Positions 41,264-52,011 are shown, counted from the stretch's first letter. The stretch: 64,000 bases of DNA from Ignavibacteriota bacterium (GCA_963752915.1 CAVVZZ010000013.1:24954-88953), one strand, 5' to 3'. Notes: generated by a model not told the origin, from the sequence alone. Program-made: numbers and translations.

Positions 41264-43978
41264 ATGCGCACTCGATTGCCTTCCCTTTTCCTTTTCCTTC
41301 TCGTCATGCCATGGGCTGGGGCGACAGCTGCCGAGCAATCGTTTTCTCTGTCAAACGACAGGGTCACGTGCGTCGTTCGTATCGTTGACGGCGTCCTCGC
41401 GGGCGACCGTCTTGCAGGGGTTCCCCTGTGGCTGAAACGCGAAGGGCAGGGGCAGCCGGTTTCCGTGTCGACGGACGCGTCGTTCGGCGTCGATGTGATG
41501 TACGCCGACTGGCGCGCCCCCGGAAGGCAGAACAACGGCGACAACCCCGTCATCCTCGGGCCGGGGAATTTTCGTTTTGTCTCGAAAGAAGATTCGACAG
41601 CAGACAACGGAACGGAAATCCTGACGCTGTATTTCAAGGGCGTCGACCATTCCATCGATCTGCGTGTACGGTATCGGCTCGACAAGGATGCTCCAACACT
41701 CCGGACGGAGATCGCAGTTCGGGATACTTCCCTCGGGGAACATTTCGTTCGTTGGCTCTGGTCGCGACGCGGGAAGATCGAAGGACAGGCAACGATCGTT
41801 GACCCCGGCGCGTTCGGTCAGCCTGTGGCGATCGTGTTGACTTCGGGCAGCGCCTTCTTCGGACTGGAATTCCCCTCCTCGGAGAACAGCGTCGATTCGA
41901 CTCTCTCTCTCCGGTGCGGACAGGAGATCGGCGAGCGGATCGGGAGGGAATGGATTGCAAGCAATTGGGTCGCAGAGGGACTCGCACCCGATAAGGATGT
42001 CAGGCGTTGGTTCTTCACCTACCTCGATGAGATCCGCGTTGCGCCGCTTCGCCCGTATGTGCTGTATAACTCCTGGTATGATCTTCGCTCGCCCGAGTAT
42101 CCGCACGTCCCGAAGGAAAACATCATGAGCGAGGAGTCGGCGTTGCGCATGGTGTCCCTTCTCCGTGACAATATGGTCCGTAAACACGGGATCCCCCTTG
42201 ATGCGTTTGTCCTCGATGATGGTTGGGACACGTACGAAAGCGATTGGGTCTTGCGGAAAGAACAGTGGCCGCATGGACTCCGGCCGCTGGCCGCTACGTT
42301 GAAAACAATGAACACGAGCCTCGGTCTCTGGCTTGGACCCATCGGCGGCTATTCCTTCCGTTCACGAAGAATCGCGTGGATGCGGAGCCATGGCTATGAA
42401 GTGGTGGGCGACCAGTTGTGCGTTGCCGGAAAACGGTACAGCACGCTGCTCAAGAACCGCGTGACGGACTTCACCAGGAATGACGACGTCGGATACTTTA
42501 AATGGGACGGGATCCAATTTGTCTGCAACCAGCCCGACCACGGACACCCCATCGATGTCTACTCCCGGAGAGCGGCGCTGCAATCGGTGATCGCGATGTG
42601 CCGTTCCGTGCGCGAGGCAAAGCCCTCGGCATTCCTGAACATTACCTCCGGCACGTGGCTGAGTCCCTGGTGGCTGCAATACGCCAATACCATCTGGATG
42701 GACGGGGAAGATTACGGGTACGCCGACGTTCCCTCGATCAGCAAACGTGACGCCGCAATCACGTATCGAGACTTCGTCCTGTACGAAGATTTTCACCTGA
42801 AGGGGTTATGGTTCCCGGTCGCCAATCTCATGACCCACGGGATTATCAAAGGGAAGCTCGAGATGCTGGGGAGTGCAGACGAGCCTCTCGACAAGTTTAC
42901 CGACGATGTCCTGCTCTACGTGGCACGCGGAGTCTCGATGTACGAGCTGTATATCTCTCCCGATATCATGAGCGATGGAGAGTGGACGTCCATTGCACGG
43001 TCGCTTGCATGGGCAAAAGACCGATTCCCGATTCTCATGCATACGGAAATGGTCGGCGGAAATCCTCTTCAACGACAGGCCTATGGCTATGCGCACTTCG
43101 ACAGAATGAACGGGATCATCGCAGCAAGGAATCCGGTGGTCGACAGCCAGCGACTGAATGTCGCCCTCACAACAGCGTTGGGTCTTGAAACCGGTGCAGC
43201 CGCCCTTGTGCTCGAACGGGTCTATCCGACCCGGTGGATTGCCCCGAGAACCTATCGCACCGGCGATACCGTCTCCGTCCCCCTTGATGCCTTCGAGACG
43301 GCAGTCTACGAAATGTATCCCCTCAAGAGTGCATCCTGGCCGCTCCTTGCCGGCGTGGTCTTCGGAGAGAGTCCCGGCAGTTCAGGGAAGGATGTTACGC
43401 TGACAACGGCAACAACGGGAAATGAAGTCCGGATCTTGAATCCCGACCGCATTGCGTCGGTTACGGTTGACGGTCACTCGTGTCCCTCCACGGCCATGCT
43501 GCCAATGTCCGCGACGACCTCGGCCGGATTATTGATGCGTGATGCAGCCGTGAAACCGATGAAGAACGGCGTTCAAATCACATCAGCATTCTCGACACAG
43601 GCATCCGCTCTTGCAGTCGCCGTCCTCTTAACGCCTTCGAACACCTCCGGGAAGCAGCCACGACTGGAAGTCCGTGGCCTTGTCGATGGCGTCGCAACTC
43701 CGGCATCGGAGGGAAATCCCGAGGGGATTTCGCACTGGTTCGTCATTCCCGTGAACAATGCCAGTCGGGAAATCGCCATATCATTCTCGGCCTCCGAAGC
43801 ATGGTCCGGAAAGGCCGGCGTGTACGTGATCGGGATGGCTAAGCCCGCCTCGCACACCCTGACCATGAAAACGATTGGCGACATCCGGGAACGCATCCTC
43901 CCGCCGCGTCCCTGGCCGATCGGCGAAGTCCGGGAGACTGCAAAGCTCGGAGAAACACCGCTGACTCTTTATCCCTAA
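41264..43978 (+). CDS. Secreted glycoside hydrolase, alpha-galactosidase-like (clan GH-D TIM barrel)
   Basis: Signal peptide. YNSWYDL, FVLDDGWD, YFKWDG and GTWLSPWW motifs resemble GH36/GH27-type enzymes. The family was not verified. Confidence 0.45.
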   Translation: MRTRLPSLFLFLLVMPWAGATAAEQSFSLSNDRVTCVVRIVDGVLAGDRLAGVPLWLKREGQGQPVSVSTDASFGVDVMYADWRAPGRQNNGDNPVILGPGNFRFVSKEDSTADNGTEILTLYFKGVDHSIDLRVRYRLDKDAPTLRTEIAVRDTSLGEHFVRWLWSRRGKIEGQATIVDPGAFGQPVAIVLTSGSAFFGLEFPSSENSVDSTLSLRCGQEIGERIGREWIASNWVAEGLAPDKDVRRWFFTYLDEIRVAPLRPYVLYNSWYDLRSPEYPHVPKENIMSEESALRMVSLLRDNMVRKHGIPLDAFVLDDGWDTYESDWVLRKEQWPHGLRPLAATLKTMNTSLGLWLGPIGGYSFRSRRIAWMRSHGYEVVGDQLCVAGKRYSTLLKNRVTDFTRNDDVGYFKWDGIQFVCNQPDHGHPIDVYSRRAALQSVIAMCRSVREAKPSAFLNITSGTWLSPWWLQYANTIWMDGEDYGYADVPSISKRDAAITYRDFVLYEDFHLKGLWFPVANLMTHGIIKGKLEMLGSADEPLDKFTDDVLLYVARGVSMYELYISPDIMSDGEWTSIARSLAWAKDRFPILMHTEMVGGNPLQRQAYGYAHFDRMNGIIAARNPVVDSQRLNVALTTALGLETGAAALVLERVYPTRWIAPRTYRTGDTVSVPLDAFETAVYEMYPLKSASWPLLAGVVFGESPGSSGKDVTLTTATTGNEVRILNPDRIASVTVDGHSCPSTAMLPMSATTSAGLLMRDAAVKPMKNGVQITSAFSTQASALAVAVLLTPSNTSGKQPRLEVRGLVDGVATPASEGNPEGISHWFVIPVNNASREIAISFSASEAWSGKAGVYVIGMAKPASHTLTMKTIGDIRERILPPRPWPIGEVRETAKLGETPLTLYP

Positions 43979-44003
43979 CTCGCTCAGTCAAATCAACGAC
44001 GGT

Positions 44004-45197
44004 ATGACCATGACACTCATCCAGGAAAAAGTCGCCCAGGCAAAACAGCTGCTGAAGGAGTTTGACGTTGATTGCTGGCTGACCTTTGTGCGCGAAAGCT
44101 CTCTCAACGGCGACCCGATACTCGCCTTTCTTGTGACGGCAAATGTGACGTGGCACTCCGCGTTCCTCATCACCTCTTCGGGTCGGACCAAAGCGATTGT
44201 CGGATCGCTCGACAAGGCGACGATCGACGACCTCCAGGCCTATGACGATGTCGAAGGATACGTCAAGAGCTTCAAAGAACCGCTCCAGAAGTTTCTTCGC
44301 GAAAATAACCCGCGCAAAATCGCGGTGAATTATTCGACCGGAAGCGAGATTTGCGACGGCCTTACCCATGGGATGTATCTCACCCTCATGGATGTCCTCT
44401 CCGAGATCGGGATGTCGGACCGGGTCTGTTCATCGGAGAAAATCATCTCCGCGCTCCGGCAACGGAAGACGGACGATGAGATCGCTGCGATGAAAGAGGC
44501 GATACTCCTGACGCTCGGGATCTATGACGAAGTCCGGAAGAAAATCAGGCCGGGAATCTCGGAAAAACAACTCGCAGCCTTCATGCAGGACCGTGTGCGC
44601 GCGCTCGGAGTGTCCTTTGCCTGGGATGAAGGGACGTGTCCTTCTGTCTTCACCGGTCCCGACACCGCGGGGGCGCATTATGGTCCCACCGACCGGCTGG
44701 TACAGGAAGGTCACGTTCTGAACATGGACTTCGGCCTTCGTGTCAAGGGGTACTGCTCCGACCTGCAACGGACATACTACGTCGCGAGAAGGGGGGAAAA
44801 AGACGTTCCGCCTGAGGTGATGAAAGGCTTCACGGTCATCCGGAATTCGATCGAAGAGGCAAAGAAAAAGATGCGCCCCGGCGTTCAAGGGCTCGAGATT
44901 GATGCCGCGTCGCGCTCCGTGATCGCCCAGGGCGGGTTTGAGGAATTTCCCCACGCGCTCGGTCATCAGGTCGGCCGGTTTGCCCATGATGGGACAGCAC
45001 TCCTCGGTCCTGCTTGGGAAAAGTATGCCCGGAAGCCGTTCGAAGTATTGGAGGAAGGAATGGTGTTCACTCTCGAACCGCGCCTCACCGTTCCGGGATA
45101 CGGCGTAGTCACCATCGAGGAAATGGTTCAGGTTACTACGAACGGAGCCGCGTACCTGTCGGAACCGCAGGTCGAGCTCTACGTCATTCATTCCTGA
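44004..45197 (+). CDS. M24 family metallopeptidase (Xaa-Pro aminopeptidase/dipeptidase)
   Basis: Metal ligand contexts VLNMDFGLRVKGYCSDLQRTY, HALGHQVG, MVFTLEP, TIEEMV. Confidence 0.8.
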   Translation: MTMTLIQEKVAQAKQLLKEFDVDCWLTFVRESSLNGDPILAFLVTANVTWHSAFLITSSGRTKAIVGSLDKATIDDLQAYDDVEGYVKSFKEPLQKFLRENNPRKIAVNYSTGSEICDGLTHGMYLTLMDVLSEIGMSDRVCSSEKIISALRQRKTDDEIAAMKEAILLTLGIYDEVRKKIRPGISEKQLAAFMQDRVRALGVSFAWDEGTCPSVFTGPDTAGAHYGPTDRLVQEGHVLNMDFGLRVKGYCSDLQRTYYVARRGEKDVPPEVMKGFTVIRNSIEEAKKKMRPGVQGLEIDAASRSVIAQGGFEEFPHALGHQVGRFAHDGTALLGPAWEKYARKPFEVLEEGMVFTLEPRLTVPGYGVVTIEEMVQVTTNGAAYLSEPQVELYVIHS

Positions 45198-45210
45198 ATC
45201 GCAGACCAAA

Positions 45211-46914
45211 ATGAAATTCGCCCTTGTTGTTCTGGCAGCACTGTCCGCGTTCGCCTCGCCCGCATTCTCACAATCCCGAGAGAAGACGTTCACTCATGCT
45301 GACTCTCTTCGGGGAGGATGGACGCCATTTCGATGGTGCTACGATGTCACGTACTATCACCTGGATGTCCGGATTGACCCTTCTGCAAAAACAGTAAACG
45401 GCTCGAACGAGATTCGATTCAGGGTGCTGGAGGACTGCACCACATTGCAGATCGACCTGTTCAAAAACATGGATCTCGACAGTGTCGTATTGGACGGGGC
45501 CGCGCGGTGTAACGTGCGGCGTGATGGCAACGCGATGTTCGTCACAACACCGGCACAACTGCGGAAAGGTGAACGTCATTCGCTCCTCGTCTCCTATGGA
45601 GGAAAGCCCGTCGTGGCCCGGCGTCCGCCGTGGGATGGCGGGTTCATCTGGACGAAGGACAGCACCGGAGGGCCATGGGTGGCCGTGACCTGCGAAGGGA
45701 CGGGGGCAAGCCTCTGGTGGCCCAATAAGGACCATCCTGCCGACGAACCGGACAGCATGCTGATCAGCATCACCGTCCCCCCGGGACTCGAAGACGTCTC
45801 AAACGGGCGGCTGCGTTCGAAGGATGTTCTGCCGGATGGCTGGACCCGGTTCAACTGGTTTGTCAGCTATCCGATCAACAACTATTGCGTGACGGTCAAC
45901 GTTGGCACGTTCGCGCACATCTCCGATACGTACATCAATCGCGATACACTCACCTTGGACTACTACGTTTTGCCGCAGAATCTCGAACGGGCGAAGCGGC
46001 AATTCGTTCAAGTGAAGTCCATGCTCGATGCCTTTGAGTACTCCTTTGGGCCGTATCCATTTATTCGGGATGGCTATAAGCTGGTCGATGCACCCCATAA
46101 TGGGATGGAACACCAGAGTTGTGTGGCGTATGGAAATGGATACACGAATGGGTACAGGGGGGCCGCCTCTTCAGCGGAGGGGCTGACCTTTGATTTTATC
46201 ATTGTCCACGAGAGTGCTCACGAATGGTGGGGGAACAGCGTCACGGCTGCGGACAACGCCGACATGTGGATTCACGAGAGCTTCGGTGCGTATGCGGAGG
46301 CGTTGTTTGTGGAACGGCAGCTCGGCCGGGATGCCTCTCTTCGCTATATCAACGCCAAGAAACAGAACGTGCGGAACAGTGCGCCGATGCAGGGGGTCTA
46401 CGGCGTGAATAACGAGGGGTCTGGCGACATGTATGACAAAGGACAACTTGTTCTGAATACCCTTCGCAGTTCGATTGACAACGACTCACTCTGGTTCTCG
46501 ATCCTCCGCGGGATTCAGACGCGTTTCCGGTACAAGACCATTTCGTATGATTCTCTTGTGTTCTTTATCTCGGAGGCCACCGGAAAGGATTACCGTCCCT
46601 TCTTCGACCAGTACTTCCGTCATTCGGGAATTCCTCGGCTGGATACCTATGTTGCGAAGCGGGGGGATTCGACGTCGGTACGCTATCGATGGACCGGGGT
46701 CGTTCCGGGGTTTTCCATGCCTGTCAGGATCACGACAGGGGACGGAACATGGAGGCAGATCACGCCTACCACGACCTCGCAATACCTGATGCTGGGGCCC
46801 GACGCGGATCCCTGGTCGTTCAAGATTGACGAGGAGAGGTTCTATTGTGATCCCCATATCGTGCGGACGTATCTCGACCCCCACGCACCCTCATCACTCT
46901 TGATGATGTTCTAA
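45211..46914 (+). CDS. M1 family zinc metallopeptidase, secreted
   Basis: Signal peptide MKFALVVLAALSAFASPAFSQ. HESAHEWWGN (HExxH) plus the downstream WIHESFGAY glutamate. Confidence 0.8.
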   Translation: MKFALVVLAALSAFASPAFSQSREKTFTHADSLRGGWTPFRWCYDVTYYHLDVRIDPSAKTVNGSNEIRFRVLEDCTTLQIDLFKNMDLDSVVLDGAARCNVRRDGNAMFVTTPAQLRKGERHSLLVSYGGKPVVARRPPWDGGFIWTKDSTGGPWVAVTCEGTGASLWWPNKDHPADEPDSMLISITVPPGLEDVSNGRLRSKDVLPDGWTRFNWFVSYPINNYCVTVNVGTFAHISDTYINRDTLTLDYYVLPQNLERAKRQFVQVKSMLDAFEYSFGPYPFIRDGYKLVDAPHNGMEHQSCVAYGNGYTNGYRGAASSAEGLTFDFIIVHESAHEWWGNSVTAADNADMWIHESFGAYAEALFVERQLGRDASLRYINAKKQNVRNSAPMQGVYGVNNEGSGDMYDKGQLVLNTLRSSIDNDSLWFSILRGIQTRFRYKTISYDSLVFFISEATGKDYRPFFDQYFRHSGIPRLDTYVAKRGDSTSVRYRWTGVVPGFSMPVRITTGDGTWRQITPTTTSQYLMLGPDADPWSFKIDEERFYCDPHIVRTYLDPHAPSSLLMMF

Positions 46915-46915
46915 C

Positions 46916-47878
46916 ATGCGGATCGTCGTCCTAGATGGTGTCCCTCTCAATCCCGGTGATCTCAGTTGGGATCCGCTGGAGCAGTTCGGTGAATGTGTGA
47001 TCTATGACCGGACGGCATCGGAGGAAGTCGCCAACCGGTGTGCGGGGGCGGAAATCCTGCTCGCCAACAAAACACGAATCGGCGGCGATACCATCGAACA
47101 GGACTCCACACTGCGCTACATCGGCGTTCTCGCAACAGGGTATAACAACATCGACCTCTCCGCTGCGTCGAAACACGGGGTTGTGGTAACGAATGTTCCT
47201 GCCTATGCGACCGATTCCGTCGCGCAGATGGTGTTCGCACACATCTTAAACCTTGCTTCAGGGTTGGCGCACCATGCCGGCTCCGTGCGGGAAGGGGGAT
47301 GGAGTTCCTCGAATGACTGGTCGTACTGGAATACGTCTCTCATCGAGGTGGCGGGACTGACGCTCGGCATTGTGGGTCACGGGAGAATCGGGCAGGCAGT
47401 CGGGCGTCTGGGAAGGGCGTTTGGAATGATCGTCGTGGCCTACGACCCGAACCGCGGCCGGGACCATTCGAACACCGATGTCGAGTACCTTAGTCTCGAC
47501 GAACTCTTCCGTCGGAGCGATGTCGTGACACTCCATTGCCCTCTCACGGAAGAAACCCGGGGGCTCGTGAACCGTGATCGACTCGGCATGATGAAGCCTT
47601 CTGCGGTGCTCATCAATACGAGCCGGGGACCATTGGTCGATGAGGCCGCCCTGGCAGAGGCGCTCCAGAACGATACGATTGCCGGCGCGGGACTCGATGT
47701 GCTGGCGATGGAACCTCCGGCGCCCGCCAACGCGCTTGTCCGTTCTCCGAGGTGTTACATTACGCCGCACATCGCGTGGGCGACCTACGCGGCTCGCAAG
47801 CGACTTCTGGACATCGCGGCCTCGAACATCGCAGCATTTCTCGCCGGTCATCCGACGAACGTCGTCTCTTTACGGTAG
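46916..47878 (+). CDS. D-isomer-specific 2-hydroxyacid dehydrogenase (glycerate dehydrogenase/hydroxypyruvate reductase-like)
   Basis: GIVGHGRIGQAV NAD-binding motif. INTSRGPLVDE, DVLAMEP, TPHIAWAT. Confidence 0.8.
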   Translation: MRIVVLDGVPLNPGDLSWDPLEQFGECVIYDRTASEEVANRCAGAEILLANKTRIGGDTIEQDSTLRYIGVLATGYNNIDLSAASKHGVVVTNVPAYATDSVAQMVFAHILNLASGLAHHAGSVREGGWSSSNDWSYWNTSLIEVAGLTLGIVGHGRIGQAVGRLGRAFGMIVVAYDPNRGRDHSNTDVEYLSLDELFRRSDVVTLHCPLTEETRGLVNRDRLGMMKPSAVLINTSRGPLVDEAALAEALQNDTIAGAGLDVLAMEPPAPANALVRSPRCYITPHIAWATYAARKRLLDIAASNIAAFLAGHPTNVVSLR

Positions 47879-47941
47879 AGCAGGCACCACGTGCTCGTGG
47901 GAGGCCGGTTCACGATCCGATCGACTACAGGGAACCAAACA

Positions 47942-48931
47942 ATGAAGCGGACACTGCTTGTGCTTCTGTCGGTTGTGCTCATGGCAATGCCGGGATTCGG
48001 TCAGCGAATTGCGTTCGTACGGGGGAAGGTCATATACGTCGGAGATCTTGCGGGGAAGGTTTTCAAGAAGAGTGAACGCCTTGGAGGAAACGCCGCGAAG
48101 GCGGATGATCTCCAGCTTTGCAGCGATGGCATGAGCGTTGCGTATACTCTTTCCGTCGACGTGAAGCACCCAAAGGGTTCCGGGAAACCGGACTTTGAAC
48201 GCTATATCGAGCTGTCGCGCCTCGATGGTTCGGAACGAGCGCGCGCGCCGGATACACAGGAACAGAACTCCTTCGGGCCGCGGTGGTCTCCCGACAAGCG
48301 TTTCCTGGCGTTCGACCGGCTCTACCGTTTTTCTGCATCGCAAGATCTCCAGTGGCGGGTAACAATTGCTGGACGGGACCTCAAGGATCCAGCGCCCCTC
48401 CGAAACTCTCTCCTGGACCACGGCTTTTTTGTGTACGCGTGGACTCCGGATGGGCATCTGGCCGTCATGGGGAACGATACGCTGAACGTCCTGGATCGTT
48501 CGGGCGCCCTCGCGGAATCGACGCCTCTCACTCTCGATACATTGGGAGGAACGGCGTTCTCTCCGTCAAGCGCGGACATTCTCAGCTTTTCTCCTGACGG
48601 GCAATCCATGCTCTGGATCCTAACCGGAGCAGACGATGGGAGCAAGAACTTCGCGGCGATCTACGACGAAGAAGACCTTTACGGTATCATGATGCTCTAC
48701 GATCGGACCACGAAAACGCTTCGGAGAATCAGTCCGAAGAGCGTGGCGATGTCCTTCGAGCCCCCGGTGTGGCTTTCGGACGGGAAAACGATTCTCTTCA
48801 CTGCGATTCAGGCGACAAAGCCGCTCCGCAAAGGCGCCCATCCGACGACCGATCTTTTCACCATCAGCATCGACGGTTCGGGTCTGACAGGAATAGCGCC
48901 GGACGCGCACGTCCCGGTCCTGCTCGAGTAA
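47942..48931 (+). CDS. Periplasmic PD40/TolB-like beta-propeller repeat protein
   Basis: ATG at 47942 (MKRTLLVLLSVVLMAMPGFGQ). Repeats RWSPDKRFLAF, FSPDGQSMLW, WLSDGKTILFT. Confidence 0.6.
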   Translation: MKRTLLVLLSVVLMAMPGFGQRIAFVRGKVIYVGDLAGKVFKKSERLGGNAAKADDLQLCSDGMSVAYTLSVDVKHPKGSGKPDFERYIELSRLDGSERARAPDTQEQNSFGPRWSPDKRFLAFDRLYRFSASQDLQWRVTIAGRDLKDPAPLRNSLLDHGFFVYAWTPDGHLAVMGNDTLNVLDRSGALAESTPLTLDTLGGTAFSPSSADILSFSPDGQSMLWILTGADDGSKNFAAIYDEEDLYGIMMLYDRTTKTLRRISPKSVAMSFEPPVWLSDGKTILFTAIQATKPLRKGAHPTTDLFTISIDGSGLTGIAPDAHVPVLLE

Positions 48932-48933
48932 TG

Positions 48934-49746
48934 CTACATGAACCACTTCTTTCCACGGTGGACGACATCGCCGAACGACCGCATGAACTGCAACTCCTCA
49001 GGGGAAAGCGGTCCTTTCTCGAGCGCTGAAAGATTTTCCTCGAGTTCTTTGCACGAGCGCGGAGCCGACAGGCACGCGTGCACCGACGGATTGGAAAGCA
49101 CAAACCGGTAGCAATCGCCGGCGCCGGGAATCTTTTCCTCCTTCGGCCATCCTTTTGGCCTTCTGAGCAGATAGGTCCAACGGGTCGCGGTATACCCCAA
49201 CACACCCGGATTGTGGGGAAGGAGGTGGGGAAAAATATCCTTCTCGGCTCCGGGATGGGCCGCGTTATACCGGACCATCAGAACATCGAGCGAACCTTGA
49301 GCGGCCATCTGCCCGGCAAACGCGCGGTTGTGGCAGGACATCCCGGTGAAACGGATTTTTCCTGACTCCTTCAGTGCCGCAAGTTCATCCTGTGCTTTCT
49401 GAGGGAATTCAGTTCCCTTCATCACACCCAGGAAGAGAAACACATCGATCGTGTCGGTCCGGAATTGTTTTAGCCGGGTTTCGAGCGCCTTCTGCAGGTT
49501 TTGATACGTGAACACATAATTGTATCCGCCCGTCACGAGGACGACTTTCTCTCGTTGCGACGGCGAGAGGCTGCGGATGAACCTGGTCATCTGAGTATCG
49601 ATGCCGAATCCGAAGAACAGGTTGACGCCCGAGTCCAACGCACGGTGCAGGGTGGATTGGCCGGGGCGGTACGTGGCGGAAAGTCCGAGTCGGTGAACCG
49701 TCAAGCCGGTTCTTCCGAGCGATGTCTGTAGGAAGTTGTTTGTCAT
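48934..49746 (-). CDS. Aldo/keto reductase family oxidoreductase
   Basis: N-terminus SLGRTGLTVHRLGLSATY and overall AKR-like layout. Convergent with the previous gene, with a 2-nt gap. Confidence 0.55.
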   Translation of the reverse strand: MTNNFLQTSLGRTGLTVHRLGLSATYRPGQSTLHRALDSGVNLFFGFGIDTQMTRFIRSLSPSQREKVVLVTGGYNYVFTYQNLQKALETRLKQFRTDTIDVFLFLGVMKGTEFPQKAQDELAALKESGKIRFTGMSCHNRAFAGQMAAQGSLDVLMVRYNAAHPGAEKDIFPHLLPHNPGVLGYTATRWTYLLRRPKGWPKEEKIPGAGDCYRFVLSNPSVHACLSAPRSCKELEENLSALEKGPLSPEELQFMRSFGDVVHRGKKWFM

Positions 49747-49794
49747 GGGTCGGGGGATTCTCTCACTATCGCCTAACTATAGGAGGACATCTCA

Positions 49795-49998
49795 ATGGAA
49801 TGGACTATTATCGGGATGAATTTTCTCTATGCCGTTCTTGGACTTGTTCTCATGTTCATCGCGTTCAAGGTCTTCGACTGGCTCACCCCGGAAGTGAGCT
49901 TCGGTGAGGAACTGAAGAAGGGAAATATCGCCGTGGCACTCTTCATTGCGGCGACGTTTCTTTCGATCGCCATCATCATCGGGAAATCTCTGCAATGA
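49795..49998 (+). CDS. DUF350 small membrane protein
   Basis: 67 aa, two TM helices. FDWLTPEVSFGEELKKGNIAVALFIAATFLSIAIII matches the DUF350 pattern from memory. Confidence 0.6.
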   Translation: MEWTIIGMNFLYAVLGLVLMFIAFKVFDWLTPEVSFGEELKKGNIAVALFIAATFLSIAIIIGKSLQ

Positions 49999-50579
49999 GG
50001 ATCACCTCGCGGGTCCTGATGCTGCTCGTGGTTTCCCATCTGGTGGCCTTTTCCCAGCACCATCGGTTTCCGACGCAATACGATGATCATTTCCGCAAAT
50101 ACACCAAACGATATTTCGGGGTCGGGTTCGACTGGCGGGTGTTCAAGGCGCAAGCCGTCGCGGAAAGCAATCTGACGCCGGATGCGTCGAGCCACGTCGG
50201 CGCGTTCGGCCTGATGCAGCTCATGCCGTCGACCTTTCAGGAAATCCGGACCAAGAACCCGGAGTTCGAGCGGATCGACGACCCCCAGTGGAACATCGCT
50301 GCCGGAATCTTCTACAACCGGAAACTCTGGCTGCGTTTCGAGGATCAGGAGAACACGGGGGAACGTCTGCGCTTCACTTTCGGCAGCTACAATGCCGGGC
50401 CGACGAGGATCTTGAAGGCGCAGTCGGTTGCAGTTGACGATAGTCTGGATTGTCACGTCTGGGAAAATGTTGCGACCGTCGCGCCGAAGATCCCGAACTG
50501 GCGGTATAAAGAAACGCTGGGGTATGTCCGGAAGATCGACTCTCTCCACGCCTTACTCCTTCTGCCGGCGAGGCGGTAG
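49995..50579 (+). CDS. Lytic transglycosylase (SLT domain, GH23)
   Basis: AQAVAESNLTPDASSHVGAFGLMQLMPSTF (catalytic Glu-Ser and GLMQ motif) and YNAGP. ATGA overlap with the DUF350 gene. Confidence 0.8.
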   Translation: MRITSRVLMLLVVSHLVAFSQHHRFPTQYDDHFRKYTKRYFGVGFDWRVFKAQAVAESNLTPDASSHVGAFGLMQLMPSTFQEIRTKNPEFERIDDPQWNIAAGIFYNRKLWLRFEDQENTGERLRFTFGSYNAGPTRILKAQSVAVDDSLDCHVWENVATVAPKIPNWRYKETLGYVRKIDSLHALLLLPARR

Positions 50580-50635
50580 TTGTGCCGGAGTTCCCCGGCG
50601 GGTGGCCCGCGAAGGAGACGTCCGCAGGCACACCG

Positions 50636-51835
50636 TCAGACAATGCGGACTCGGATCGTATGTCCAACCTTCTGGAGATCACCGAAGAGGGAATCGTCGT
50701 ATTGCCGGTCGACGTCAGCCACGACGTAGCCGATGAGTTCATTCGTCCTGAGGTACTGGGAGAGGACGTTGACATTGTTCTTCGCGAAGATGCCGTTGAT
50801 CTGCGAAAGCACGCCAGGCACGTTTTGATGGACGTGCATAAGGCGATGGGCATGGGCATCATCCGATTTCGGTGAGCTGACCTTGGGGAAGTTCACGCTG
50901 GTAAAGGTCGTGCCGGTGCGGACATAATCAACGAGTTTGCTTGAAACGAACTCTGCGATATTCTCCTGTGCTTCCTCGGTGCTACCCCCGATGTGGGGAG
51001 TCAGGATCACGTTCGGAAGTCCCTGCAACGGCGAATGGAGCGGTTCGTTGCCGTCGCGCGGCTCCAGGGGAAACACGTCGACGGCCGCCCCGGCGATCTT
51101 CCCGCGCTTGATCGCAGCGGTGAGCGCATCGATATCGACAACATGTCCGCGGCTGAGATTCAGGATGATCGAGCCGTCGTTCATCGCATCGAGTTCCCGA
51201 GGGCCGATCAGATTGGCGTTGTTCGGATTGCCGTCGACGTGAATCGTTACGATCTCAGCGATACTCAGAAGTTCCTGCAATGTCGCGACCCGGGTAGCGT
51301 TGCCGATGGTCAGTTTGTCGACGACATCGTAGTAGAAAACGTTCATGCCCATGGCTTCGGCGAGTGTCGAGACCTGTGACCCGATGTTCCCATAGCCGAT
51401 CACCCCGAGTTTCTTCCCCCGGACCTCCCGCGCATTTCTAGCCGACTTGTCCCACGTCCCGCCATGGGCTTTGACGACTTTGTCGTACAGCCCGCGAATG
51501 AGGAAGATGATTTCCGCGATGACGAGCTCTGCGACGCTCCGCGTATTGCTGAAGGGGGCATTGAATACCGCGACACCGCGAAGGGAAGCGGCATCGAGGT
51601 CGATCTGGTTGGTGCCGATGCAATAGGCGCCGATGGCCAGCAGGTCAGGGGCGTTCGAGAGAATTCGCTTAGTGATGTTCGTGCGGGACCTGATCCCGAG
51701 CACCGATACCCCCTGAAGTGCCTCGATGAGCTCGTCCTCTTTCAATCCCCGACCCTCGATACAATACTCAATTCCGTTCGCCGTCAGAATCGGGAACGCC
51801 TTTGAATGTACATGTTCCAGAAGCAATGCTTTCAT
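50636..51835 (-). CDS. serA: D-3-phosphoglycerate dehydrogenase with C-terminal ACT domain
   Basis: ORF 50636..52009. The real start is the ATG at 51835 (MKALLLEHV). GVIGYGNIGSQV, LNLSRGHVVD, DVFPLEP, TPHIGGST. The upstream part of the ORF is only read-through of a heptamer repeat array. Confidence 0.9.
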   Translation of the reverse strand: MKALLLEHVHSKAFPILTANGIEYCIEGRGLKEDELIEALQGVSVLGIRSRTNITKRILSNAPDLLAIGAYCIGTNQIDLDAASLRGVAVFNAPFSNTRSVAELVIAEIIFLIRGLYDKVVKAHGGTWDKSARNAREVRGKKLGVIGYGNIGSQVSTLAEAMGMNVFYYDVVDKLTIGNATRVATLQELLSIAEIVTIHVDGNPNNANLIGPRELDAMNDGSIILNLSRGHVVDIDALTAAIKRGKIAGAAVDVFPLEPRDGNEPLHSPLQGLPNVILTPHIGGSTEEAQENIAEFVSSKLVDYVRTGTTFTSVNFPKVSSPKSDDAHAHRLMHVHQNVPGVLSQINGIFAKNNVNVLSQYLRTNELIGYVVADVDRQYDDSLFGDLQKVGHTIRVRIV

Positions 51836-51921
51836 AGTGGGATCCTGCACGGTGAGCGGTGGGGTGGAATATATAGCTAGGGAATCAAGAGGGAAGATGC
51901 AAGAGAAGCAAGGAGGGGGCA

Positions 51922-51992
51922 GGGGACAGGGAACAGGGGACAGGGAACAGGGAACAGGGGACAGGCCCGGGACAGGCAGGGGACAGGGCAGA
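51922..51992. repeat. GGGRACA heptamer array
   Basis: GGGGACA GGGAACA GGGGACA GGGAACA GGGAACA GGGGACA GGCCCGG GACAGGC AGGGGAC AGGGCAG. Contains the 19-mer ggggacaggcccgggacag (51957..51975), which recurs at 52067..52085. Confidence 0.85.
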
Positions 51993-52011
51993 CATTGACC
52001 TGAGGTCAAAT

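Noticed and set aside
40186-41685. 499-aa minus-strand ORF
   Set aside because: It is antisense to the DPP-IV and glycosidase genes, spans their intergenic gap and has no recognisable motifs. It is a shadow ORF.
51836-52009. 58-codon N-terminal extension of serA (MTSGQCLPCPLPVPGLSPVPCSLSPVPC...)
   Set aside because: It is just the reverse-strand reading of the GGGRACA heptamer array. The conserved SerA N-terminus begins at MKALLLEHV (ATG at 51835).
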